Assembly (NCBI GenBank): GCA_964353865.1
Contig: CAYGXJ010000004.1
Coordinates: 10,782-74,781, forward strand
Origin: an uncultured Anaerolineales bacterium
GTDB lineage: Bacteria > Chloroflexota > Anaerolineae > Anaerolineales > RBG-16-64-43
Direction of reading: 5' to 3'
Length of the DNA: 64,000 bases
The position numbers and the translations under genes were made by a program. The notes beneath the pieces were generated by a model. It was not told the origin of the DNA. It searched no databases and saw nothing but the letters and a program-made list of their open reading frames with translations. Below are positions 1-9,600 of this stretch, one piece after another. Numbering within the stretch: position 1 is the stretch's first letter; every line of letters begins with the position of its first letter.

Positions 1-78
1 CGCGGTTGAACTCCGCTGCTGGGCCCATGGCTCTCATCCGACGTCTGCCCTGCAAGGGAAAGGCCTCGACCTCCGTGC

Positions 79-822
79 ATGATCATCGCGATTGATGGGA
101 CCTCTGCCTCGGGCAAAACGACTCTCGCCCGCCGGTTGGCTGCACGCCTGGGCTACCTGTATTTTGACACCGGCGTGATGTACCGCGCCCTCACCCTGGC
201 TGCTCTTCGTCAAGGGCTGAGCATGAGCGACGAGTCCGCACTGTCGTCCCTGGCCGCGGGCATTACCATTGACGTTACATCGCCGACCGCCTCGGACGGG
301 CGGCCGTGCACGGTCTTGCTGGACGGGGAAGACGTCACCTGGACCATCCGCTCTCCCGAGGTGGACGACAGCGTTTCGCAAGCCTCGATCTACCCCGGGG
401 TGCGCTCGGCGCTCACCGTGCAGCAACGGCGCATCGGCCTGCGCGGGCGAGTGGTCATGGTGGGACGCGATATCGGTACTGTGGTCTTGCCCGAAGCCGA
501 GTTGAAGTTCTTTATGACCGCCTCCCTCGAAGAGCGAGCCCGCAGGCGGCTTGCGGAATTAGCTCTCCTTGGGGAGATCGTTGGGCTTGCGGAGGTCGAA
601 CGCTCGCTCGGGGAGCGCGATCGCATCGACAGCCAGCGCGCCGTGGCACCCCTGCGAGCCGCGCCGGATGCCGTCGTTGTTGACACGACCCATCTTTCGG
701 CCAAGTCGGTTCTGGATTTGGCCCTGGATCTGGTCGCCAAGCGGGAGCGGGCAGCGCGGGCGAAGAACGCGCCTGGACATGCAGGCCGGGGTGAGAGCGG
801 CGGAGTTGAGGAAGAAGCATGA
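79..822 (+). CDS. cmk: cytidylate (CMP) kinase
   Basis: 247-aa ORF. N-terminal P-loop IAIDGTSASGKTT and a full-length Cmk-like sequence. Its stop overlaps the next start (ATGA at 819-822). Confidence 0.9.
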   Translation: MIIAIDGTSASGKTTLARRLAARLGYLYFDTGVMYRALTLAALRQGLSMSDESALSSLAAGITIDVTSPTASDGRPCTVLLDGEDVTWTIRSPEVDDSVSQASIYPGVRSALTVQQRRIGLRGRVVMVGRDIGTVVLPEAELKFFMTASLEERARRRLAELALLGEIVGLAEVERSLGERDRIDSQRAVAPLRAAPDAVVVDTTHLSAKSVLDLALDLVAKRERAARAKNAPGHAGRGESGGVEEEA

Positions 823-1619
823 AGGCTGACTGGACCCGGCCCGCCCGCGAGCGCCACGCGTGGGGGACGCGGCCGTATCGCCACGCGGACTTCGCCGGGG
901 TGCGCAGCGCCATGCGCTTCCTGCTGCGCGCGGTTGCCTGGCGCATCCTGGTGCGAATCGAATCGGTCGTGGGGCTCGAGAATATCCCTCCCGTCGGCGC
1001 TGCTGTCATTGCCATCAACCATATCGCCCTGGTCGATCCCATCGTGGTCCTGGGTCTCGTACCGCGCGTGATCGTGCCGCTGGCCAAGATTGAAGTGTAT
1101 TCATACCCCGTCGTAGGCATTCTGCCGCGCATGTACGGGGTCATCCCGGTGCGGCGAGGCGAGTTCGACCGCCGGGCGCTGGACATGGCGCAGGAGGTCT
1201 TGCGCGCCGGGGAGATCGTCCTGGTCGCTCCGGAAGGCACACGCAGCACGGCGATGCAGCCCGGCAAGGAGGGGCTGGCGTTCCTCGCTGCACGGACCCA
1301 GGCGCAGATCATTCCGGTGGGTGTGGATGGCACGCTAGGTTACCCCTCGATCAATCCGCACCGATGGCGGCAGGGCGGGGCGCGGATCACGGTTGGCGCT
1401 CCGTTCCGCTATCGGCCGATGGAGGGCCGCATGACTCGCGAGCGCCTGCGGCTGATGACCGATGAGGCCATGTACCGCGTGGCTGAGCTCGTGCCGCCCA
1501 ATCGGCGTGGGGTGTACGCCGACCTGACCCGCGCCAGCACCGAGACGATCGAGCCCGTGCCGCGCGTCTGGCTTGTGGCGCCGAGCCCACGCGAGGCTCC
1601 GCCGGCGAACGCCGGATGA
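819..1619 (+). CDS. plsC: 1-acyl-sn-glycerol-3-phosphate acyltransferase family protein
   Basis: NHIALVD (HX4D acyltransferase motif) and APEGTRS block. The ATGA overlap with cmk suggests translational coupling. ATG at 912 is an alternative start. Confidence 0.8.
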   Translation: MKADWTRPARERHAWGTRPYRHADFAGVRSAMRFLLRAVAWRILVRIESVVGLENIPPVGAAVIAINHIALVDPIVVLGLVPRVIVPLAKIEVYSYPVVGILPRMYGVIPVRRGEFDRRALDMAQEVLRAGEIVLVAPEGTRSTAMQPGKEGLAFLAARTQAQIIPVGVDGTLGYPSINPHRWRQGGARITVGAPFRYRPMEGRMTRERLRLMTDEAMYRVAELVPPNRRGVYADLTRASTETIEPVPRVWLVAPSPREAPPANAG

Positions 1620-1703
1620 ACGGTTTCGCGCACGCCACAATCATCATCCATCCTGCTTCATCCCCAATTCCGAAGGGCCTCCTCGCGCCGCCGGAGCCGA
1701 GGA

Positions 1704-3134
1704 ATGAGTGAGACTCCCCGGCCGGCGGAGAAGGCAGGCCGGGTCGCGGCGGTCGAGCCCGGCAGCCTGGGAGCCCGTTTGGGGCTGGGCCCGGGTGATC
1801 GGATCCTGCGCGTCAATAGCCAGGCGGTCGAGGATGTGATCGACGTGCAGTTCTATGCGGCCGAAGACCGGGTCGAGATCGAATGGATGCGCGGCGAGGA
1901 CGAGAGGCAGGCGGGCGCGGCGCGCCGGGCGGGAGAGCCACTGGGGATCGAATTCGAGCATCCCACATTCGATACCGACATCCGCCGCTGCAACAATCTA
2001 TGTCCCTTCTGCTTTGTCTTGCAGACCCCGCCGCGTATGCGGCGTACCCTCTCCATCAAGGACGACGACTATCGCTATTCATTCCTGTACGGCCATTTCG
2101 TCACCCTGACCAATTTGGCGCTGCACGATTGGGAGCGCATCCTTCAGCAGCGCTTGTCCCCGCTCTACGTCTCCGTGCATGCCACCGAGTTGGCGGTGCG
2201 CCGTGCGTGCCTCTCGAACCCGGCCGCACCCGACGTGCTCGACCAGCTGAAGCGGCTGGCGGAGGCGCACATCGAAACGCACACCCAGATCGTGCTGACG
2301 CCCGAGCTCAACGACGGCCCGCATCTCGATCGGTCGCTGGATGACCTGGCCGGGCTCTTTCCGTGGGTGCGCTCGTGCAGCGTGGTGCCGGTGGGGCTCA
2401 CGCGCCATCACAAGTACGGGCGGCGAGTTTCCAGCGCCGCCGAATGCCTAGAGGTCGTGCATCAGGTCGAGGGCTGGCAGAGCCGCTTCCGCGAGCGGCT
2501 CGGCTCGCGCTTCGCCTTTCTCACGGATGAGTGGTACCTGGCCACCGGACTGACGGTGCCCGCCGCCACGGAGTACGAGGACCTCGACCTTCGCGAAAAC
2601 GGCCTGGGCATGGTGCGCGCCGTGCTGGACGAGTGGGCCGGCGTGCGCGAGACCTTGGCGGCGCAGGCGGCCGGGGTGCGTGGGCGACGCGCCACGCTGG
2701 TGACCGCGCCTCTTTTTGCTCCGACGCTGCAACGCATGACGGACGAGTTCAATGAGCGGGCTGGGACGCAGTTCGAGGTCGTGGTCGTGGCCAACGGGCG
2801 CATGGGTCCATCGGTCACGGTGGCCGGTTTGATGATGGGCGAAGAGGTCCTAGGCGCGCTGCACGCGAGGGAGTTGGGCGAAACCGTCATTCTGCCTCGC
2901 CTGATGTTCGATCATCCGCTGCTGGTCAGCCTGGATGATGTCTCCCCGTTGCGCGTCGCCCGCGAACTCGGCGTGCCGGTCGTACTCGTCGACGGCATGG
3001 GCGATGTGCTTGACGCGCTGCGAGGTGAGAGCCCCTTGCTGATCCGCCCCGACTACGAGACGGTTCCACCGGCCGTGCTGCGGGCGGGGGGCTGGGCGGT
3101 CGAGAAGTACCTGCTTCCGGAGATTGGATCCTGA
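1704..3134 (+). CDS. PDZ-domain / DUF512-type putative radical-SAM Fe-S protein
   Basis: 476 aa. N-terminal PDZ-like segment (GSLGARLGLGPGDRILRVN), then a CX3CX2C triad (CNNLCPFC). GGAG-type SD upstream of ATG 1704. Function of the family is unknown. Confidence 0.7.
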   Translation: MSETPRPAEKAGRVAAVEPGSLGARLGLGPGDRILRVNSQAVEDVIDVQFYAAEDRVEIEWMRGEDERQAGAARRAGEPLGIEFEHPTFDTDIRRCNNLCPFCFVLQTPPRMRRTLSIKDDDYRYSFLYGHFVTLTNLALHDWERILQQRLSPLYVSVHATELAVRRACLSNPAAPDVLDQLKRLAEAHIETHTQIVLTPELNDGPHLDRSLDDLAGLFPWVRSCSVVPVGLTRHHKYGRRVSSAAECLEVVHQVEGWQSRFRERLGSRFAFLTDEWYLATGLTVPAATEYEDLDLRENGLGMVRAVLDEWAGVRETLAAQAAGVRGRRATLVTAPLFAPTLQRMTDEFNERAGTQFEVVVVANGRMGPSVTVAGLMMGEEVLGALHARELGETVILPRLMFDHPLLVSLDDVSPLRVARELGVPVVLVDGMGDVLDALRGESPLLIRPDYETVPPAVLRAGGWAVEKYLLPEIGS

Positions 3135-3201
3135 TGCAAACGGCCCCTGGGTGCGGGGGCCGCCTTGTCAAGCGTGGAAGATCCTATCGAATGCGCCGAG
3201 C

Positions 3202-4488
3202 TCAACCGGGCAGGCGGCCGGCGACGTTCCCCAGCGGAAGAACAACTCTGAACTCCGATCCCTGGCCCGGCTGGCTTTCAACCTCAATCCGCCCCCGATG
3301 GCTTTCCACGATGTGCCGGGCGATGTACAGCCCCAGCCCGGTCCCCTGAGCGCGTTGTTCGCCTTCCTTCGCCCGGTAGAACCTTTCAAAAATGTGCGGC
3401 AAGCTCTCGGAGGCGATTCCCGGTCCGCTGTCGGCCACTTCGATAGAGCAACTCTCGCCCTCGCCTTGAGGTGCGCCCGCGTTGCGCCGGGCGCGCAAGG
3501 TCACTTGCCCCCCGGGCGAGTTGTACTTTACGGCGTTGCTGAGCAAGTTGAGGATGACTTGCTTGATGCGCACGCGGTCGGCGTACAAGTCCAATCCTTC
3601 CGGGTCGAATTGGCGAACGAACTTGAGCCCGTTGCCGTGCATGAGAGGCATGACGATTTCCGCGCACTCGGCCAGGAGCGGGATGAGCGAGAAGCGCGTG
3701 GGTTGAAAGCGGGCGCGTCCCGCTTCCAGGCGGGCCAGGTCGAGGAATTCATCGGCCAACTCGTTGAGCCGCGCTATCTCCTGGCGCAGGCTGCTCAATA
3801 CCGAGTGGCGCTGGATTTCGCCCAGGTCGGATCGGTCGAGCAGGGCGGCCGCGGTTCCCAGGGCGGTGAGCGGTGTGCGAATCTCGTGCACCAGCTCGGC
3901 GATCAGGTCACTCTGCTCGAACAAGCGCATGTTCTCGACCGCCACCGCGGCCTGCCCGGCCAGGGCCTCGAGTGTGGCCATATCCTCCGGGCTGAACTGG
4001 CCTCCCGAACGGTTGATGGCCTCCAACACACCGATGCACACGTCCTTGCTTACCAACGGCAGCGCGGCGAAGGATTGCGGGTAGGCAGGAGCCAGAAGAG
4101 CCACTTCGTAGTAACGCAGGGAACTCTGCGTCGTGGGGCGCTGGAGCGCCTCGCTCGCAAGGACAATCGACTCGCCGCGCGCAAGCACTTGTCCCGCCAG
4201 GCTGCTTTCCACAGGGAATTCGCGTACGCGCAACCGGGCCAAGCCGGGGTGGGTGGTTGCGCCCACCTGCAACTCGCCCGACAGCGGATCGCGCAAGAGG
4301 ACCACGGCGCCTTCGCATTCGACCAGCCGAGTGGCGGCCAACGCCACGCGTTCGAGCAGGTCGTTGAGATGCAGGGCCGAGGTCAGATCGCGCACCAGGT
4401 CCAGCAACTGGGCGTAGCGCCGCACGAGCACCTGATAGTTGCGGATGGCGGTGTCGTGCCCGACGGAAGAGGCATCAAGCGTTGTCAT
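3202..4488 (-). CDS. cytoplasmic GAF-domain sensor histidine kinase
   Basis: GAF-like N-half, H-box HEIRTPLTAL, N-box LLSNAVKYN, G-boxes DSGPGI and GTGLGL. No TM segment seen. ATG 4488 overlaps the sirtuin stop by 14 nt. The ORF extends to 4548 as an alternative start. Confidence 0.85.
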   Translation of the reverse strand: MTTLDASSVGHDTAIRNYQVLVRRYAQLLDLVRDLTSALHLNDLLERVALAATRLVECEGAVVLLRDPLSGELQVGATTHPGLARLRVREFPVESSLAGQVLARGESIVLASEALQRPTTQSSLRYYEVALLAPAYPQSFAALPLVSKDVCIGVLEAINRSGGQFSPEDMATLEALAGQAAVAVENMRLFEQSDLIAELVHEIRTPLTALGTAAALLDRSDLGEIQRHSVLSSLRQEIARLNELADEFLDLARLEAGRARFQPTRFSLIPLLAECAEIVMPLMHGNGLKFVRQFDPEGLDLYADRVRIKQVILNLLSNAVKYNSPGGQVTLRARRNAGAPQGEGESCSIEVADSGPGIASESLPHIFERFYRAKEGEQRAQGTGLGLYIARHIVESHRGRIEVESQPGQGSEFRVVLPLGNVAGRLPG

Positions 4489-5266
4489 GAAGGGCCAGGC
4501 GGACCAGTGTGGGCAAGGTGAGGGCCACGTCCTCGTGAAGGACCACATCTGCCCGCTCGTCCAGATAGGTGGGAATGCGATTGAAAATGATCAGATGCGC
4601 ACCGCGCTCGATTCCCTCAAGCGGCAGCGACGCGGCCGGAACCACCTCCAAGGACGACCCGGCGACCAGGATGAGTTCTGCGCGGCGGAACTCGCGGCGC
4701 GCCTCATCCAGCGTGGCGCGCGGCAGTTGTTCACCGAAAAGGATGACGTCTGGCTTGAGCACTCCGCCGCAGCGGACACACCGCGGGAGGGCGCCCGGTG
4801 TTCGCAACGCCGCGAGAACCTCCTCGGATCCGGTCTGGCGGTAGCAGGATCCGCAGGTTGCGCTGTCCAACGTGCCGTGCAGGCAAAGAATGCGACGCGA
4901 GCCCGCACGCTGGTGGAGCCCGTCGATATTCTGGGTCACGAGACATTGCAGGCGCCCTGCGCTCTCCAGTTCCGCGAGGGCGCGGTGGGCCGGGTTCGGT
5001 TCAGCCGCGAACCATCCGCCCATGAGAGTGCGCACCCACTCATAGAACTGGTGCGGGCTGTAGCGGAAGGTGGTCAGCGAGGCGGCTGCCGCCGGATCGT
5101 AGCGCTCCCACAGGCCGCTGCCCGGGGTGCGAAAATCGGGGATCCCCGATGGGGTGGAAATGCCCGCCCCGGTAAGTGCAACCGTGTGGTGCGAGGTGAA
5201 GATCAGACGAGCGGCCTGACGATATGCGTGTTCGGTCCGCTCCGTTGTGGCGGAGCCAACGGTCAT
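4475..5266 (-). CDS. cobB: NAD-dependent protein deacylase (sirtuin, Sir2/CobB family)
   Basis: GAGISTPSGIPDFR, QNIDGLH catalytic His, and two Cys pairs (CGSC ... CVRC) for the Zn ribbon. ATGA overlap with the upstream gene. Confidence 0.85.
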   Translation of the reverse strand: MTVGSATTERTEHAYRQAARLIFTSHHTVALTGAGISTPSGIPDFRTPGSGLWERYDPAAAASLTTFRYSPHQFYEWVRTLMGGWFAAEPNPAHRALAELESAGRLQCLVTQNIDGLHQRAGSRRILCLHGTLDSATCGSCYRQTGSEEVLAALRTPGALPRCVRCGGVLKPDVILFGEQLPRATLDEARREFRRAELILVAGSSLEVVPAASLPLEGIERGAHLIIFNRIPTYLDERADVVLHEDVALTLPTLVRLALHDNA

Positions 5267-6405
5267 TCCGCGCCTTTGGCAATCAGGCGGTCAGTCAGTT
5301 GGCGCAGTTGATCAGATATAAGCGCGTTCGGGTCGCGCACCACGATGGGCACGCCCGATTCGGCCGACTGGAAGGCGAGCTCCGGCGCAGGCGTGATCGT
5401 GACGATGGCCGGCTTGCCGATCATCTCCTCGATCTTGGAGCGGGCCAGTTGCAAGCTCGAGCGTTCGCGATTGGCGAGCAGGAAATCGATCTTGTTGCGG
5501 GCGATACCCGTGGCTTCCATGTCGGCCATGAGCGCGCGCGCCATGAGCACGGTGTAGCGAAGAGGCTCCACCAGGATGAGTATCTGATCGGCCACCGCCA
5601 GCACGCGCAACGTTGCAGCGGAGAAGCCGCTGCCGCAATCGAGTATCAGGTGGTTGCACATGGTCGCCAGGCGGCGGACGAGGGCTTCTACTCGCTCAGC
5701 ATCCTTGAGCAACACGTAGTCGTGCGGTTCGGCCGAGCCCAGCAGCATGCGCGCGCCGCTCGAATGCGTGACCAGCTCTTTTTCAATCGTCCGAGCGTCA
5801 AGTTCCTCGCGCGGCTTCTGCAGCAGCACCGACAGGCCGGAAGGGCGGGAAATGCCCAGCAGAAAGCCGGCGATGCCCTGCCCCGGCCGCAGCTCGCACA
5901 AGATGACATCCTGGCGCTTGGCGGCCATGCCGACCGCAACATTAACCGCAATGGTGGTGGTCCCGAGCCCGCCCTTGGCGCCAATAAAGGCTGTGACCCG
6001 GCTGCGCTTGGTTCCGCCGGCCGGCGCCGCCGGCCGCGAACGGCCGAGAAGTGCTTTGACGTGTGCCAGGAGTTCGGCCGGGTGGGTGGGTTTGGGCAGG
6101 TAGTCGTCGGCACCCGCTTCGAAGCCCTGGACCTTGTCGTCCACTTGGGCCTTGGCGGTGAACATCAGGATGGGGACTGAAGCGAAAAGTGGGTCTGCCC
6201 GCAGCCGACGGGCGACTTCAAAACCGTCGAGGTCGGGCATCATCACGTCAAGCAGGATCAGGTCCGGGCGATCGCTGGCGGCCTTGCTCAACGCCTGGGT
6301 GCCGTTGATGGCGGCCACGATCGAGTACCCCCGCCGCTGGAGCATCATCCCCACCAGCTTCAGGGTGTCGAGATCGTCGTCGACGATGAGGATCTTCTCG
6401 GGCAT
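5263..6405 (-). CDS. response-regulator receiver fused to CpaE/TadZ-like (MinD/ParA superfamily) ATPase
   Basis: Receiver: KILIVDDD ... DLILLDVMMPDLDG ... TAK. Then the deviant Walker A GAKGGLGTTT, typical of CpaE/TadZ. ATG 6405 is preceded by GGGAGG. The ORF-track extension to 6798 is Pro/Arg-rich and was rejected. Confidence 0.8.
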   Translation of the reverse strand: MPEKILIVDDDLDTLKLVGMMLQRRGYSIVAAINGTQALSKAASDRPDLILLDVMMPDLDGFEVARRLRADPLFASVPILMFTAKAQVDDKVQGFEAGADDYLPKPTHPAELLAHVKALLGRSRPAAPAGGTKRSRVTAFIGAKGGLGTTTIAVNVAVGMAAKRQDVILCELRPGQGIAGFLLGISRPSGLSVLLQKPREELDARTIEKELVTHSSGARMLLGSAEPHDYVLLKDAERVEALVRRLATMCNHLILDCGSGFSAATLRVLAVADQILILVEPLRYTVLMARALMADMEATGIARNKIDFLLANRERSSLQLARSKIEEMIGKPAIVTITPAPELAFQSAESGVPIVVRDPNALISDQLRQLTDRLIAKGAE

Positions 6406-6430
6406 GCCTGGCCTCCCGGCGAGGGTTTCT

Positions 6431-6459
6431 AGTCTAGCATAATCGTCTGCGCCCGACAA
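6431..6459 (-). promoter_or_regulatory. promoter-like TTGTCG-17nt-TAGACT (minus strand) for the receiver/ATPase-sirtuin-kinase operon
   Basis: Read on the minus strand. About 25-nt leader with a GGGAGG SD before ATG 6405. Confidence 0.4.
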
Positions 6460-6461
6460 GT

Positions 6462-6496
6462 CGGTCGGGTCGGCTCGGGTCGGCGGTCGGGTCGGC
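6462..6496. repeat. 13-bp direct repeat x2 (22-bp period) within a GTCGG pentamer tract
   Basis: cggtcgggtcggc at 6462-6474 and 6484-6496. Six GTCGG plus one CTCGG fall between 6460 and 6495. Confidence 0.8.
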
Positions 6497-6524
6497 CGAG
6501 CCGATGCCATCTGAGTCGCGGTCT

Positions 6525-6530
6525 TATAAT
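6525..6530 (+). promoter_or_regulatory. -10 box TATAAT upstream of the large membrane kinase
   Basis: cTTATAATc, 72 nt before ATG 6603. No good -35. Confidence 0.35.
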
Positions 6531-6602
6531 CAAGGTCGCACGGCGCGCACCGCCTCAAGTCCTTGCGCCGGCCTACGTCGGCTGGAATTCCGGGGAGCGT
6601 TG

Positions 6603-9600
6603 ATGGGGTTTGAAGCCTGGATCGCCGCATCCCTTCAGGTACCACGCATCCCGTTTCAATTGTGGGGGCTGCTGGCCGAAGTCGCGCTGCTCCTGTTGGC
6701 GGCGGCATTCGCCCTGAGCTCTGCCCGTCATATGGCGGCGGCGCGCTGGCGAGTGTGGGCGGTGCTTCTGGCGGTGGCTCCGGTGGCTGGTGGGGCATTG
6801 GCCATTCGTCTGCCGGCGGTCGGCTTGAGCAGTCTGCCCGGAGTGCCGCTCAGTGTTCCAGCAGTGGCAGCCGGCCTGCTCACCTTTGTTCCAGTGATGC
6901 TGTCGGCCGGACTGGCCGGCACCTTCCCGACTCTGCTGCTCGGGCTGGCCATCGGTCTTAGCCGTTCGCTGCTCGATACCCACCAGGTCTTGACCATCGT
7001 TGAATACGGTCTCGGGTCGTGGTGGATCGCACTGCTCATGCGCAATGATTACGCGGGTGGTTTCTTTGGATGGCTGCGCCGGCCGTGGGGGGCTGCCATC
7101 GCTGCGCTGCCGGTGGCTCTCCTGCTGCGCGCGGTTGGAGATTGGAGTCTGGCGCGCGGCGATGTGCTTGCGACCATCGACTTTGTCTCTTCCCGTCTGC
7201 CAGCCCATATCCTGGGCGTGGGCCTCGAGCTGCTCGCGGCAGCGGCCATCTGCGAGCTCCTGCGGCTTGGGCTGCCGTCCATTTGGCCGGAGCCTGCCGC
7301 GCTCGTCACGACCCGCTTTCAACGCTCGCTGGTGTGGCACCTTAGCCTGTGGGTGACCGTGCCGCTGACGCTTATGGCGGCGTTCATCCTCGCGGCCGTT
7401 GTGATTCAAACGCGACAGCAAGCGCGGGGTGAGCTGTTGACCCAGGCGCGGCTGGCCTCCAGCCATGCGGCGGCAACGCTGCCGGCCGCCATTATGACCG
7501 GTCAAACGCTGCTTGAGGATATGGCAGGCGACGTGGCGCGCCTGGCCGATCGTCCGGATTCGCTCGCGGCTTACTTCGCCGACCGCCTGCGCCAGCCGCC
7601 GTACTTCCAACAACTGGCCTTCCTGACCGAGGCCGGCGTGGCAAGCGCCAGCGTGCCCGCCCTGGCCGATCCGTTGTGTGGTTCGTTGGTCGAGGCCGAG
7701 GGCTGCAGCGTGGCACTTGGCGGATCCCCGTGGCTGGGTTGGGTCGACATCAGCGGCTCATCGAATCCGTGGCTGGAAATGATTCAGCCTGTGGCCATCT
7801 CGCCGGGGCGTCCGCTGGGCATTCTCGTTGGACGCACCTCCTTCGACATCAATCCCTTGTTGGCGCCGGTCCAGGCGGCACTTGCCAGCCTGCCTCACTC
7901 GAGCGGCGTGTTGCTCGATCGCAACTTCGTCGTCCTCTATCCCGCAACCGCCGAGCCGTGGGCGGAGGAGCAACCCGCCGGGGAGGATCCCCAGGGCGGT
8001 GCGTGGTTTTTCGGCACGACCTCCGACGGCCATCGGCGGCTGACCTACGTCGTACCGCTCAGCTATCCGGAGTGGCACGTCGCGCTGCGCGTGCCGGAGG
8101 CCGCCGCGCTCAGCACCTCGCTCGCCGTCGGTGGGCAGATCGGCCTGTTGACCCTGCTGGTCACGCTGGTCACCCAAATGATCGTGATTCTCATCGCCCA
8201 GCGCATCACTCGCCCCTTGCGACAATTGGTGCACGCCGCCAATGCACTCGCCGGCGGCGACCTCGACCGGCGCATCGCGGTGAGCGGCGACGATGAATTC
8301 GCCGCGCTGGGGCGCACCTTCGAACTCATGCGTCAGAACCTGCACCGCCAGATCCGCGATCAGGATTTGCTGCTGCAGGCCAGCCAGGGCGTGGCCACAC
8401 ATCTTGAACTCCTGCCGGCCTGCCTACCCATCCTGCAAAGCGCGCTGTCTTCCGCCACGGCGCAGGGCGCGCGCATCATCGTGGCCTGGGGCCGCCGCCC
8501 GCCCGAAAAGTACCCGGAGGTGGCGGCGGGCGAACTGGCGGGCACCATGGCGTCCCTCGATGAATACGTTCTCTCGCGCGTTCGAGATCGATCACCGTGG
8601 TTGGTGGCGGATGTAACCAAGGCGGAGGACTTCTTCCCGGCTGCGTTGGCCGGTCATATCGGTGCGCTGATCGCGCTGCGCCTCTCGCAGGCCGACAAGT
8701 TCTATGGCGCGATGTGGCTCGCTTTCCGCCAGCCGCAGGTCTTCGATGCCGGAGTCGTCGAATTGTTGAGCGGGCTGGCTGGCCAAGCCTCATTGGCCGT
8801 CACCAACGCCGGGTTGCTCGAAGCCACCGAGGGCGAGCGACAGCAGCTGGCGACCATCCTGGCCGCCATTCCGGATGGTGTGCTGATGACCGATGCCGAG
8901 GGGCACGTGACGTTTGCCAATGCCGCGGCGCGATCGATGTTGGGGGCGGCCCTTCCCGGGGCGGGTGAGTCGCTAGGGCGCAGCCCGCACGGCGGTTTGG
9001 CGGAGGCATTAGCCGAGGCCGGTCCGGAGGGCCGCACGGTTGAGTTTGCGGCGCCCAGCGGCGTGCGCCTTCTGGCCACAACGCGTGCGGTGCCCGGGCC
9101 GCACTCGCCTTCCCTCGGCCAAGTCTGCCTGTTGCAGGATGTAACCCGATTCCGCGAACTCGAAGACCTCAAGACCGAATTCGTCAATACCGTGAGCCAC
9201 GACTTGCGCCGTCCACTGACCCTGGTCGACGGCCATGTCAACATGCTCGAGATGCTCGGCCCGCTCAACCCCGCGCAGAAGGAATATGTGGGACGCATTC
9301 GGGATGGCGTGCGTGGAATGGCGCGGCTGGTCGGCGATCTCCTCGACTTGGGTCGCATTGAAAAGGGGATCGAAGCCCATGCCGCAGCCATTGACGTGCG
9401 TGCTCTGCTCGAGTCGCTGCTGGAGGAGTATCGCCCGGAGGCAGTCAGCCACAACGTGCGTCTCGAACTGGACCTCCCCGAGAGCGTGCCGCGGCTGACG
9501 GCAGATGCTTCGCTGCTCGAACGTGCCCTGGGCAACCTGATCGACAATGCCATCCGCTACAACCGCGCGGGAGGCGTGGTGCGCCTGCGGGTGGAAGCGG

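Noticed and set aside
1-78. Possible 3' end of an upstream gene at the left window edge.
   Set aside because: It is too short to translate meaningfully, and no motif is recognisable. Left unannotated.
3124-4521. 465-aa ORF on the plus strand, and many similar long ORFs such as 9989-11548(-), 11745-13169(-), 12842-14539(-), 26723-28333(+), 45338-46780(+), 57550-58608(+) and 62693-63730(-).
   Set aside because: Each lies antisense to, or out of frame with, a gene with unmistakable conserved motifs (kinase, folC, lon, citrate synthase/mdh, mfd, infB, mutL). Their translations are Arg/Gly/Ala/Pro-rich with no recognisable motif. This is the expected stop-codon-poor artefact of GC-rich DNA.
4475-5266. 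Sir2-domain protein as a possible anti-phage NADase (Thoeris, DSR or Sir2-HerA type).
   Set aside because: It has the size, Zn-ribbon cysteines and motifs of a canonical protein-deacylase sirtuin. It has no TIR, SLOG, HerA, Argonaute or helicase partner, and its neighbours are two-component proteins.
5263-6798. 511-aa version of the receiver/CpaE-like protein with a Pro-rich N-terminal extension.
   Set aside because: The extension has no domain features and would run through the divergent promoter and repeat region. ATG 6405 has a GGGAGG SD and starts exactly at the receiver domain.
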